DNA from: Syncephalis fuscata S228
Lineage: Eukaryota > Fungi > Zoopagomycota
NCBI GenBank assembly: GCA_025786725.1
Contig: JAHLTZ010000013.1
Coordinates: 124,001-188,000 of the forward strand
DNA length: 64,000 bases
Direction of reading: 5' to 3'
Made by a program: the position numbers and the translations under genes. Below, piece after piece: positions 1 to 13,434 of the stretch. A model generated the notes under the pieces. The model made no database searches. It was given only the letters and a program-made list of their open reading frames with translations, and had not been told where the DNA came from. Positions within the stretch are counted from its first letter, which is position 1, and every line of letters begins with the position of its first letter.

Positions 1-1174
1 ACTAAACTCGTTAATTCAATTTTACTTACATCTCTCTGTTTTCTGTGCGTTATCTTAGTTTAATGTTGCTGCTGTTCTGGTCGCATCAGCAACAGCCAAC
101 TTTTGATAAATGCAGTCCAGCTTAGCATAGGTACAATGATTTGTTATAGGTCAAACCAGTAAGCCTTTGAGCTGCCAATTGTTTTTTCATTGGTTTCTGC
201 TTTGGCTTGTCCTTCTATATTCCATTTTGTTTAACTTGTTAGAAGTGGTTTCAAAAATGTAACCAGCACTTAGGCCTTAGATGATTATCAGCTGATGTAC
301 AATCCATAACCATCATGTACTCGAAATTACTGGTAATTGGTTAAAACTTTCTATTGTGTCTAGTCTAGTGTCTTCATATTGTATTGCGTGTAATTTAGTT
401 AATGAAATTTAGTTTACAGTTGAAAGACTGATAAAAATGATTTGTTAAAATATTCCATTGCTTAGAATGCCATGATGCATCATCCTACAAATAGTACTTA
501 TTGTATAGTCGGTTTCAGGTGGTTTGAATTAGTTGCCATCTGAATGATAGCAGTTGCACATGTGGCATGATATGCCTGGATGTGATGTATTTGTGAATTT
601 GAAACAATGATTGCCCCATAACAATGGGCATAGTGTCAAATGAAATATATGCATGTACCAATCAACACACTTTATAATTTAAAAAATTATACTTGATTTA
701 TGTATGGCAGTAAAAACCTGTATAAAATATCAATTTGATACATTAAGCTTGCTTTTGTATCAGTGTTGTGTGTTATTCTGTATGCAACAGATATTGAGGG
801 CAAAGTCGGTAGAAATGGCAAAGACATCATTATCATTTTACAAAGCCAAACAATATACTTGCTTTTACCAAATAGTTAGGCCGTGTAACAAAAAATACAG
901 ACGAATATGCCAATTTTTATTGCATATGTACTAGGTTATGAACATTTTACACCATTCGTGCAAATGGCTAGCATATTGGAGTAAAGACCGGGCAGGTTAA
1001 AAGCAAGACTGAGTAGATTGAAATTAAGCCTAGGCAGCATGCTATCACACCCTGAAACCATTGATGCATGCACACCTCAAACCATTATTTGGATTGCTTT
1101 ATTGGTTCATATTGCACATCAATAGTGTACCTCATATACTACAGCATACTAGTGTATCTCAGTATAACCGTAAG

Positions 1175-1182
1175 TATAAATA
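1175..1182 (+). promoter_or_regulatory. TATA box (TATAAATA) upstream of the secreted Cys-rich peptide gene
   Basis: TATAAATA ~140 nt upstream of ATG 1320. Confidence 0.5.
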
Positions 1183-1319
1183 GCCCACGAAATACACACA
1201 ACCAACTGCAATAGCATCATTACACTCTACTTCTTGCTATACACGCACTACTATACACTTTACACCAACCATACTCTATTGTCTGCTCTGTTTGTTTGTC
1301 TTAACAAATTAATATCAAC

Positions 1320-1541
1320 ATGAAGCTTTCTATTGCCGTCATTTGCACTGTCGTTGTGGCGCTTGTGGCCGTTACAACCATGGCGGGTGCTAATCCAGCT
1401 TTAGTTCGTCGCGCTCTAAAAGGGGAAAGTTGTCCTGATTGCATAAACAGATGCAAGTGGGGCATTTTTCGCACTAAGGAGTGGTGTGCTAGCGAGAAGG
1501 GATGGTGCTTTATTCCATGTCAATGTCCTACTTGCCCGTAA
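1320..1541 (+). CDS. Secreted cysteine-rich defensin-like prepropeptide
   Basis: Hydrophobic signal peptide, short pro-region ending VRR (Kex2-type site), 42-aa mature part with 8 Cys including CxxxC, GxC and CxC; good start context (caacATG). Confidence 0.8.
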   Translation: MKLSIAVICTVVVALVAVTTMAGANPALVRRALKGESCPDCINRCKWGIFRTKEWCASEKGWCFIPCQCPTCP

Positions 1542-4500
1542 TCGATGGTTCCAAGACATCTGCATTGGTAGTGCAATCAAGCCACTATTCCAATACACTT
1601 TAGGTATATATTCGGTGAAAAGCAAGACCATTTGACAACTACACCGTCCAGTCTATTTATATATCAAGTTTTGGCCAATGCTCCGGTTTATCTAGTCTTT
1701 AATCAATGGAATCACTATTTTAGCAACATATTTGCATCTAGTTGCTTCTATTCAACTTTGTAAGCTTATAATAATAAATCTATGGTTTCATCTTAGCTAT
1801 ATACAATCAAATTGCTATACCTATAACCATGTTCTATTTGCATTCAATAATGACAATTATCAATTAAATAATTAAATTAATAACAAAATGTGTATAGTTA
1901 TATCGCCTAAGCTATAGGCATAGATTGGTATGGATAGTAGCAAAGCTATTATTATCATATAGCCAAGTAATAGTATGCTGAAATTAGAATAAATACGCCT
2001 TTTAATAAAACACGACAATAAAGCATACAATATTATAAAACAAAATAAATAGACAAAACGAATACGTGAATAGTAATAACAAAACTATACTGTATGCAAT
2101 TAGCCAATAGCAATGAACGAAATGAATCAAGATCTGCTAAAAGAATACAGCTAGCAATAAACTTTTAGCTTTTATTAATATAATTTCTACAATTTACAAT
2201 ATTAATGATATAGACAGACATATAGTATGTGTATACAAGACAGATATGTACAGTACAACAATAATGATAAATAAATAGCTTAATAACCAATGACACTCAA
2301 CAGCCAGTTTCATCTTCAATAAAGCGGATATTTCGTTTAAATGTGTGGCTATTATAGCTATTTAACTGCCAAATCACACTAAACAACCAATAGCATGCTC
2401 AATATTGTGGAAAAAGTGATCTTTATTTAGTTAATAAAAATACCATAAGATTTGATACAAATCAAGTGGTTTAAATGATCCGTCACAGCACCCTCTTAAG
2501 CTTCTTTTGCCATGTCCCACGACTCTTTTAAATTAGAACATTGGAGCGACTACTGCGACATTTAAAAGGAATGTTACGAGTAGATTGTTCTAGTTTATCA
2601 ATGACAAATGCCATGTTGACGGTTTTATTTTGCACATCTTCACTCTTGCTTGATACACCAACTAATTAATTCAAGTTGATCAAAGCAATAACACTTTTAT
2701 GTAATTTGGAATTATTTAATTGCTATATCTGATATTCAAAATACTCTAAACCAATCTAATCTTATTTGTTGGTTAGATTTAAATCTAAAATATTTATTAA
2801 TTAAATTATTTTTGTTTGCATTACAGTTTATTCATTTTGATAGTTGCTTCATTAGTAGTTTGTATTTATTCAATAAAAACGTTTATTTCAATATTAACTA
2901 CTGTTTCAACACAATTGGTGTTAATCTTTACATAGCATGTTTTGTATTGTATTTTTTAAGTTGCATTTGCCACAAGTATATTGTCGAAAGTCTTTTAACA
3001 AATAAAATACGATTGGCATTGCCATTAATATTGCTACAATTGACTAAATTACATAAATAGGCAAAGTTTTAAATTAAAATACATTGTATTATTATGATTA
3101 ACTTTTTCTCATCAAGGATTTTAGCTTTGTAGCTTTTATTATCCAATAATATTATAAATACACAATACTATTAATCAAATAATAATAAAATGCCTTTTTA
3201 TAATCCAATCTATTTTGGCTTATTAATAGAATTTATACAGTTACAACTTTTGTTATAAATCTGCTAACTTGTTATTGTTACAAGTTAAAGTCATTTGATA
3301 CTAATAGTATTTTCATTAAATTGATATCAAATATTTAATTAAACTACTATTTATTTTTCTTTTTTGATTACTTGGTCAATGCTACATCATTTTATTACTG
3401 TTGTTGTAACATTGCCGTTTTTTAGCAAATTAAAGGCAAACCAAGCTTTTAATAAAAAATAATAGCATCTATTAAGCTATTACAATTGTTAGTGTATGTT
3501 AAATAATTAAATATCTACTTAATAATTTTATTTGTACATCTTTTGTTTTACATTTGAGAATGTAGCAACATCATTTGTAATATGTTTATTTCGTACTAAT
3601 TATAATAAAAGGAATTGATGACTTGATAGTTTTATTTATGCTTATTTGAAATCGTAATTTACTATGGTAAATAATTCTTCAAAATTCCGCATTTCATTCT
3701 GACTCCCAGTTTTTGAGTCCTCAAAGCAAATTCACTCCAATCAGAGTCATGTCGTTATCATATGCAATATAGTTATGTTACTTCCTATTGAAATATTGTT
3801 AATAAATTGATTTAAACAAATAATGGAACATACTATTTGATTTTGTTGAGACATTTGAGGCCAATCATTGTTGCTGTTGGTCATGTATAGAAAGATTGAT
3901 CAAATATTAATAGAAACCATATGATTGCAATTCCATATCATTCCTCATTGATTGTTATTGTATCTATGTACAGCATAGATTATTGCATCTGAATGGTCTT
4001 TCTATTTTCTAATATTCTAGTATTGCATTATGGGCATATTTTTAATGTAAGATCAAGATTAGTATAATTATTATAAAGTTGTTTATTAAACAGCCACTTT
4101 TCCTATAGCCAATCTGACTAAATATATGGCATTTTGAACAATTAATATCATAAATAACGATATATATATTAAAGCAATAATAAAGATAACTAATTAATTA
4201 CATTACTGTATTGATAATTACACATAAATCAATTAATGTTAGATGTAATATTATATATGGAATAATGATGAAATAGGTAAATGAAAATATGAAAATATTA
4301 AGAAAAAATGTAAAATGAGTAAACAAAAAATGTAAGAGTCAAAGTACAATAGCTCCTTCGTCCTAGAAGTAAAAATGTAGTTTTTAAAAAAATTACTATA
4401 ATTAGTAATAATATCGTGCCATATTATTTAAATAAAGAATAGCGCCTCGTTTAAAGTTTCAAATCAAATGGATATGGCAATGGATATTCGTTGATTGGCC

Positions 4501-4596
4501 ATAACAAAGTCTTCATATTTATGGCCATTATTTGTATTTGTAAAGAATTATCTCAATTTCTTCATTTTCTTTGCTAGTTATTGCCAATTTACGAAA

Positions 4597-5704
4597 ATGT
4601 TTAGTGTTTATACCAAAGTTACGATTACCAGTTGGATATGGATCTTTGCAATGTTTAGCCAATCTGCTATGGCATGGCCTAGTTTGTTTGCGAAAAGTAG
4701 TTTATTAATATCTGATTTGTGTAATACTAATGGTTGATTATGTAGAATTTTCACTTCAGGATCTTCCATACATTAACGTGAATTCATATAATGTACTGTA
4801 TCAGAAAGGCCTTAAGCTGGAAAGCCCATTTCAACCATCTAACGGAATCTATAAAACATCTGGAGCGTATATGGTAGAGAACCGTAAAGTAAAAGTTCAT
4901 ATAACATGTGCTGATGACACCGATGAAGCTAAAATGAGTAATTCTGTTAAAATTTATAAAGTATGTGCCATCGGTAACATTAGCAATCAATACTTACTAT
5001 TATAATTTGTACAAAAACAGAGTCTTAAATCTCTCAATCTGCCAGCTTATAACAACGCATATACGGCAGGGTCCTATGTTGCTATACCTCTGCGTCGTTT
5101 TTCATTAAGAAAAGGGCATTGCTATATTACGCCAGCAGAATGTGAAATGACACTGATGCAACACTGGTCTATGGTAGCTTCATTGCCTCAAAGAGATCAG
5201 CTTAGAATCGAATCTCTGGTGCTGTTTCGAATAATGCAAGGCAAGTGTTTAAAAGGTATTGTTACCTCTACTAATCTAATAACGCACTAGCTCTTGACTA
5301 TATGGCCTATACTGGTTGGATATACGATGTGGATGCTAATAGTGAGTGTTATACTTTTGTTTACTCATAATAGCACTTATTTACTTTCATTAGATATCTG
5401 TGTTAATCCCAATTCTATGATTTTACTTATGAATGTCGAGTCAGCTGAATATGTTCTTCCACCAGGCATGACAATACATTCACATGGCCGAATGCCTGAT
5501 TTAATAGTGGAAAAACTTGACATTGTGAAAGTCCGTTTACAACGAAAGTTTAGAGATTTTTTGCAACATCCAGAACATTATATGGACATGAATGGGTTAG
5601 ATCTGCTTCCTAGATATACAGAGCAATGGGAATCGTCAACCGGTGAATCTATATCACTTCCTGCTTACGAAAGTATTTTTCCCGAACTAAATAATTCCGA
5701 GTAA
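4597..5704 (+). CDS. Secreted degenerate protein-kinase-like protein (5 exons)
   Basis: Signal peptide MFSVYTKVTITSWIWIFAMFSQSAMA; introns ~4698-4745, 4961-5020, 5241-5290 (GC-AG), 5342-5393 give one ORF containing GHCYIT..ALDYMAYTGWIYDVDANNICV..ILLMNVESA, which resembles kinase subdomains V-VII with HRD and DFG lost. Confidence 0.65.
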
Positions 5705-6105
5705 TTATTACTTGTTAATTCACAATTTTACAATAAAACACCAGATAAATAATTATTTATAAATACGCACGTAAATTAATTTCGAATAAATAGATTTAAA
5801 TTTAATAAGTTAGATTGGTTTCATTCACAAATAGTATTAGTACAATAATCTCTTACGATATCCATACCACTAGTGTAAGTAGCAATCAATTAAATATATT
5901 TTTTATCAAGCTACATTCTATCTACTATAACAGTTGGCTTTTCTGCTAGCATTATAACTCAAATAAACATCGACGCCAGCAATATCTATTACAATACACT
6001 AAGGAGTAGCGTTGCCATCTATTATTTTTTTAACATTCAAACATTATCTTACATTATTTTTATGTAAATTTAATGTTTATAATACAATTACAATGACCAA
6101 TTAAA

Positions 6106-9100
6106 TTAAGCGGATTTTCGATAACTAAGAGCAATAACGACTATTGGATCCGCCACATTGTTTAAACTATTGTTAGTAGAGCTGTTATGGTTAGTGGTAG
6201 AATTGCTGGATTTAGAATCAGATTCAATTGATGTAGAATTGGTGTTCTTGTTTGGTGTATCTTTAAATATAGATAACATATCTACTGGTGTCGAGTCGCT
6301 GGATGATGAGTTTGGCGGTGATGATCCTCCTGGTGCTAATGATTTATTTGATCGATTTGTTTTTAGCTTTAATGCTACTCGTTCATCTCCTCGAGCGTCA
6401 AGAAATTCAAGAAATCGTAAATCAATTTCACAATAGCCCAAACAAGCTAATAATAATAATAATAATAGCATGTGTAAATAAATTAATGCAAACTATTATG
6501 CTTCTACTTACTGTCGCAAGAGAATCGATCATAAGTGTAGACAGCTACACGTAAAGCATCATCCAAATCGGTAATAGTAAATAGAAACGCTTGTTCCCAT
6601 CGAGCATGACTATTGGCGGATACGCTAGTCGTATTTGCATTCATATTAGCATTAACACCAGCAGCACTATTATTATTATTATTATTAATGACAGTGGTAT
6701 CAGTGTTAACTACGGCTGTGCGATAAGTTTGTCGTTGATTCAACGATACGGAACAGTAAACGCTCAACATAGAATGATCAAACTTTGAAGCGCCAGTAGC
6801 TAAATAACACATTATTAGTTAGATAACATTTATAGTACAGTAATAATAATAATTACTTGTCGTTAATCCAGTCACTTCGACAATCATTACTCGAATTGCC
6901 CATAATACTTTGCCCGTCAATTCACGTAGACTAGGTGCTAATAGCCAGTAATAAAAACATTATTGGTCTGTAGCTATATATTGGTTTAAAAGTAATTACC
7001 TTGAAGCCATCCATTCTCGTTACTGCGATGTGCTTCTCGACAACGAGCAATACATTCTCTAATTGTTTGTAGCCATTTACGCTTTGCACCAGCATTCTCC
7101 GCTTTAACATTAAGTGAACGTTTTTTGTGTACAATCTGAAATGTACTATCCTCTATTGGTTTGATATATGTATATTAATATCATTATCGACATTGCTCCT
7201 TGTTCAATTAAATATTTACCTAAACGTAATAGCGATCTTGTTCCACTGGTCTCGCGTACCTCCAATTCAAGTAAAGGAATAGGCTATACTCAAATGAGTA
7301 ATTAAATATTGCTATTATGACCCACTTACATCCAAATAAGGTTTGTACATGCCAATCTGTGCTCGAGCTGGCTCACATAATAATAGCAAATCAGTGAAAA
7401 GAAAGGCGGTAATCCGACGTCCTTGTCGTCCTTTTATCCATACACCTTCCATAACAAAGCGCCGCTGCCCCAAGTGGCGTGTACTGCCTGTCAAATCAAG
7501 TTGTTGCGCCTGACTGTCCATAATTAACGAAGCAGCAATCTCTTTCAAACGAGATAGATCTGCACGATCACGTGCTGCTTCATTACTACGTCGTAATAGA
7601 TCTTCGGCTAAATCGACAGCTTGTCGGATGGAGGTATGGTCGGCATGCTTCAATGGAGTATAGCTGCAAATCTATTTAATTGTCAGTATAGCAATATAAC
7701 TAGCTTTGCTGACTTACTTGGCGTAATAGCAGCGCATAGCGCGTCACACGCTGCATTGGTTGTAGTAGAAAACTAGCCAAATCCAAATTACGGCAAAGTG
7801 GATCCGATTGACGTCTCTAGTATCCATAAATAATGGTTAATAGGTAATTATAATTAAAAGTGAAAATCGCTAGCTATTTACTTTGAGCCAATGATTAAGT
7901 CGAGGATCAGTTTGTAAAAGTAATTGTAGTTTAGCTGTTGCTTCCATATGATTTGCACAATAAGCGACATAACATTCAAGAGATGGCATCTAATGACAAT
8001 CGATTACATTTGCATCAATCAATGATGTAATTTAATTGAGTCGATAGCCTACCTTTTCAATAAATAGATCGCCTATGGTTGCTACGTGAAATTGGCCCTG
8101 CCATTGACGTCGACGCAATACGTGCATCAATCGCTCGGTGGCTACTCGGATAGCATCCAAGTTGCTAAACACTGCTTCAAAGTCATTACGGCTTAGTAAC
8201 TTTTTCATTGGACGGTAGAACAGCTATAATTAACATTAATTAATAAATTATATTCAAATCTATAATCCAACATTATTTATATGCTTACTTCGTCTACAAT
8301 CTCCAAATCAGCCACATATGACTCCTCTGTAGCAATTAATTCGTAAATTGCTTCTTGTCGACGGCGTTCCATATTTGAAGCACGTTCAAATATATCTCGA
8401 TTGACCATCATGAACCAGCTACCGCCTTTGGCTGGCTATCAATTCCACTAAAACGTCAATATTGCTATTACATAACAAATAATTGTATTTACCGTTAGCG
8501 GAGTAGCTTCTGTGGGTCGCATGGCTAGCAATTGAAGTGATTGCAAATCGTCTAGATCCTTTTTACTTTTAGGCGACATAGCTTTATAGGGAAATCCTTG
8601 ATCGTTACTATCCAACGAGTCATTGCTAGCACTATGGCTACTAAGTCTATCTTCTTGCACTTTATAGATGGACTATGAGAATTTGGTGATACCGTATCTG
8701 GTAAAACAATTGATGCCATTACCATAGCCAATGGGCTTTTAGGACCGAATTTATTTCTAAATCCATCCATGACTGTGCTAAAGATGGCGAGGATGCTGCA
8801 GTGCCACTGTTGGTCACAGTTGCTGTCATTTGATCTTTAATCAATGGTGAATAATATGGCTTCATAGTTGTATATTTCAACGTATCTCGGTCAGATCCAC
8901 TTAGTGTCGATGCCAAACTGCCTCGACGTGCTAGTCGAGTTGTCTTCTTTCGCGTCAATCCTCCTTGTACTGGTCGATGGATTGATCTTGAGCGCATCAA
9001 TGGTGGCCGTAGAATAGTATCATCACTATCATAGCCACTATGGATTGTATGATACATATCGGCACCTTCTTCATGCTTTTCGTGTTCCAATTTATCTCGA

Positions 9101-11225
9101 TGCTCATTTTTAACACTTAAATTACTATCACCATTGACTTGTATAATAGGCCGTGACTGGATATCACTTGCACTATTACGTCTTAGACCTTCTGCATCTC
9201 GTTCATTCCATTGGACATCCTCATCGAGTAGCCATGGTTTTGGTACACTGTGAGAATTAATATCGGTTGGAGAGCTGCACGTATCCGTATTCAATTCCAT
9301 TACTGGATCCGCTTTATCTTCTGTCGAATTCAATAAACGTGGTTGAATTCGGTCTATTCTACGCAGCGTACGCTGATTATGCTCTATCGGCGATTCATTC
9401 GTATCTTTCAATGGTGATGGATGAATTGATGTTGACTTCAATGTCATTTTTGTACTAGACACCTTGGATGTAAAAGGCTTCGTTTCCATAACAGGAATAT
9501 GCAATCTTGATGGTCTTTGAGGCGGTATTTTTGAAGACTCAATTGGTAATGATGCTGAATCTACGGCATTTTTATCCAATGCTATAACTTTATTACTATT
9601 GTTATTAGTATTTTCGTTAAAAGATTGAATAGATTGTGTTGTGGATTGAGATGGTAATGCTAATGAAGACATATTATTGTCAGTATTCGTTTTCTTAATA
9701 GTGTTACTCGACAAATTACGTAATTCATTCACAGACTTTTCCTGTTTTGGCATTTTAAGCATCGCCGTTGAAAGCTCTTTTGTATCTGTTGATGCTAATT
9801 CTCGCTTTGGTGATAATAAAAATGTAGATGGCTGCAAAATCACCGGTCTAGATAATTCTTTAGTGGGCGTCATTCTGTATTCATTCTCATGTAAAGCAAT
9901 GGCTGTTGGTGTTAAATTAAGAATTACTGGAGATGTAGTAGTTTGCGGTTTTGTCAATGAATTTGATGCATGGTCGCTATTGGTATTTGGATTTGCGCTA
10001 CTTTCATGTTGTTTATCGTTATTTTTGACTGATAAATTCGACTGTTTAACCGGCGAAGATAATGGTAGCCAAGAGGCCGGTACATATACTTCTGACGATA
10101 TAGCCGTAGCATCAATAAATGTTTCTTTTCGTTTTGTGTTTTCCGATGAATATATTTTACTTTTGGCCTCTTCTTCAAATGCTGTCCACACAGCTCTTGC
10201 TGCTGATACATTTGCTATTTTTAAGGGTGATGCTGATGCTGATGATGATGCCACTTCCGCCACTGTGTCATCTCCCATATCCAGGATAGCATCGATATCG
10301 TGTAGATTGATACTTTGACGATGATCGCGTGGTAATAATGAAGCCACTGGCCCTCGACGTACAGTATTATCACGCTTTGACACTGTAGCAGCACTGCTGC
10401 CTTGAGTAACAACTGCTGCACCGCGAATTAGCCATTTCTTTACAGTGCCTTTCATTGTATTATTGATACTGGTATATGATGCTACATTGGCATTTAATTT
10501 GTCATCAATATGCTTGGGGTTTTCTTTGATTATTTCTTTTTGTAAATTCTCATCAACATATAACGTGGCAGCTGTATTAGTTGTGTTGGCGGCTACAGTA
10601 CTAGATGTGGACGATGAAGATGATGAAGAATAGGCTGAATTGAGAAAACGTGATGAAGGTAACGATGTTGGAGTATCATCAGTCTCTGCCAGAGTATCGT
10701 AACGTGAACGTCGGCTAGTCGTTTTTGAGCTGGCTGTGGTTGCACCGCCAAAAAGTGCGGCTCGTTCCAGCACATTGGGACCAGTACGAATACTTCCTAC
10801 GTTACGTGTAGAGCGATTATCATTATAAATGTTATGACTAACTCGGCGTAGTGCACGATCCTCGTGGTTCGCCAGTGTGCTATCAGCATCGTGACGTGTA
10901 AAATTGGTTGGCACAGCCGGCATACTTACTACCCGTGATCGTAATGGGCGTGGTGGTAGTGATGGTGCTAATGTTTGTGGATCACATTTTGGATCACGCT
11001 GATGTTCAGTAGCAGGCTGTGCAATTGTATCGCTGCTATTACTCAATGTTAAAGATTTGATGTTAGCAGCAGTGATTGCGTGAAGGCCAGTTGATACATG
11101 AAGTCCCGGTGAGGATGGAGTAGATTGTCGTGAATAGTCGCTGGATCCTTCCGATTGATTTGTTTGAAGAGGAAAGGCCCCAAAGCAGGCGGAGTTTTTC
11201 GAGTAGCAGGTCGGCGGTTTAGCAT
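6106..11225 (-). CDS. Rho guanine nucleotide exchange factor, DH-PH-C2, with long disordered N-terminus (multi-exon; one apparent frameshift in 8780-8835)
   Basis: Spliced exons give [49 protein letters not shown] (DH), [13 protein letters not shown] (PH), and a C2-like tail ([23 protein letters not shown]); the start exon at 11225 is uncertain. Confidence 0.85.
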
Positions 11226-11941
11226 GATAGGACAGGATTTATTGCTACAACTATTGTTACAAAAGTGTAGTAACAAACAGCTAAGCTGTCACGGTAGAAT
11301 AGCAAACAATAAATAGAACCGTCCCTTGTAGACTGTCGTAGTTATAATAAAAAGCAATTCAATAAAGCAAAAAAGAAGCAATGTAAGAAGTGTCGCCTTA
11401 GTGTAAAAGCAATGGTCTTGCCAGAAATATTGTTGTATTCCAAGTGGTTCCAAATAGACCAGGAATGCAGCAATAACACGGCAGTTTATGTGATATTCCT
11501 GCCAAGGAAAGCAGGCAAGGGACGGAGCAAGAAAAAGCAACAAATACTAGCCGCTTTAAAAGATAAACACACGTACAACGTACAAGCACAAATACAATAT
11601 ACACGAGAAAGGGGCTGGCTCGAGCTTGCCCCTCAAAGAAACAAACAAATAGTCAGATATGAATAAAAGTCAAATAGTACAGAAACGCAAAGGAGACGAA
11701 TGATTATTGTTGTCGAGTAACGAAAAGTAGTATTTGTCGACGACAAAGTCATGTGAACATGGCGACAAATCAGGCCAGTTCAGGCGAAATCAGCTCAGAC
11801 CAAAGAAGGTTTTATTGCATGTCACAGTAGTTGTTTCTTGGTAACATAAAATATATTAGTTAATTCGCAGATGTTTCAAATTAATTCACAAGTAAAGATT
11901 GCTTATTGGCCAATTATCCATGTTATAGATGGCTTGAGCAG

Positions 11942-11977
11942 ATTCTAGAAAGACATATTTCTAGAAGCATCTAGAAA
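11942..11977. promoter_or_regulatory. Heat shock elements (nTTCnnGAAn array), with TATA at ~11995
   Basis: aTTCtaGAAa ... tTTCtaGAAgcATCtaGAAa ~125-160 nt upstream of the HSP20 ATG. Confidence 0.8.
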
Positions 11978-12100
11978 ATAAAAAATTGGATTACTATATA
12001 ATGCTTAAGCAATAAGCAACGGGTAGCCTTTGTATTTACGTTTAATTGCCATTAGCAGACATTTTATTTTACATTTGAATTATTTTTAAGGCGCTACATC

Positions 12101-12790
12101 ATGTCATTTCGCTCGATATTCCCTGAACTCAATCGCGCACTGCGCACCTTTGAAAATGATGTAAGACAGTTGCAGAACCATGCCTGGCGTGCTTCTTCCA
12201 ACAGATTCATCTCTCCAGCTTCGTCTTCAATATTTCCCCTATGGAATCGGGTACACGGCTCGTCATCTGACATTACGGATTATCCAGCAACTAGCTCGCC
12301 CAATTGGCCAGCCATCGACATCTCCGAAGCTGATAACAACTATGTTTTGGAGGCTGAGCTGCCAGGTGTTGCCAAAGAAGACGTCTCAGTCGAAGTGGAC
12401 CATAATGGCGAAGTAGTAACAGTTTCGGGACAAGTACATCAAATGCGCTCAACTGGCCAAACACCGGCTTCAAAAGATGCTACCAATGACAAGAGTCCCT
12501 CAGAACAAACAGATAGCGCTGTTGTTAAGCCTGAGGATGATTCTGCTGTTTCTACTAAAGAAGATCAATCCGCTAAACCCGCTGGCACTTACTGGGCTCA
12601 AGAACGTTTCTATGGCTCATTCCGTCGTGCTTTTCAACTTCCAGCAGCCATCAATCCTGAAAATGTTCAGGCCAGCTTCCGTAATGGATTGCTACGTGTA
12701 ACGATGGCAAAGAAAGAACCAGTAACTACAGGCACGTCTGCTAATTATAAAGTAGAAATCAACGATGAAGACATTAAGGCCAAGTTGTAA
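12101..12790 (+). CDS. Small heat shock protein (HSP20/alpha-crystallin family)
   Basis: PAIDISE..EAELPGV..ERFYGSFRRAFQLP..ASFRNGLLRVT motifs; intronless; HSEs upstream. Confidence 0.95.
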   Translation: MSFRSIFPELNRALRTFENDVRQLQNHAWRASSNRFISPASSSIFPLWNRVHGSSSDITDYPATSSPNWPAIDISEADNNYVLEAELPGVAKEDVSVEVDHNGEVVTVSGQVHQMRSTGQTPASKDATNDKSPSEQTDSAVVKPEDDSAVSTKEDQSAKPAGTYWAQERFYGSFRRAFQLPAAINPENVQASFRNGLLRVTMAKKEPVTTGTSANYKVEINDEDIKAKL

Positions 12791-13434
12791 ATGTTTTTGG
12801 TATTCGATTTGCTGCTTCATAAAACCATAAACAAGTCAAAATGATGCAAAATTTGAATAAAAACATTAAAATTAAAAAATATTTGTACGCGCCAGTTGCA
12901 AAGAAGTATATACATTTTAGCTTTTAATGTGGGAAGTAATAGATAATTTACAGTTACCATATTTGGTAGTAACATAAATTAAACAAAATTGCTTATATCT
13001 TTCTACACTTTTATTGTTCATCAAGTAACTAGAAATGTAACAAAATAAGCTAGAATGTATTCAGAATAAACAACGGTAGCACCTTTTATTATATAGTATT
13101 TTATGATTAGCAATGTATTCATGCAACTAACATACATTTTAATAATTATAGCAATAATTCAAAACAGCATAATTACAACTGTAAATTTAAGTTTTTTGAA
13201 GAATCAAATATTCGAATTATTAGTATTGAGTGTTTATAGTCAATATTTTTATTTAAAGCTTATAGTTGCTATGTTTATAAAATATTCGCTATTTTTTGCT
13301 CATTTAACAAGTATGCTGCAGAAGATTGTTTCTTTATTTTATACATACTAAAAAAAAGAACAATAAAAGTGAGAACAGAACACTTAGTAAATAGTATAAT
13401 TAAACAGATTTGGTAACTTTGCTTTAAGAATGCA

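Noticed and set aside
1-4500. Short ORFs (704-934, 2812-3060) and stop-riddled minus-strand stretches
   Set aside because: AT-rich, biased composition, no recognisable motif; may be decayed sequence but cannot be supported
9267-10775. ORFs antisense or out of frame to the RhoGEF N-terminus (likewise those overlapping the repeat proteins, ATPase, F-box, Myb and Kelch genes)
   Set aside because: Shadow ORFs produced by codon bias of the real gene
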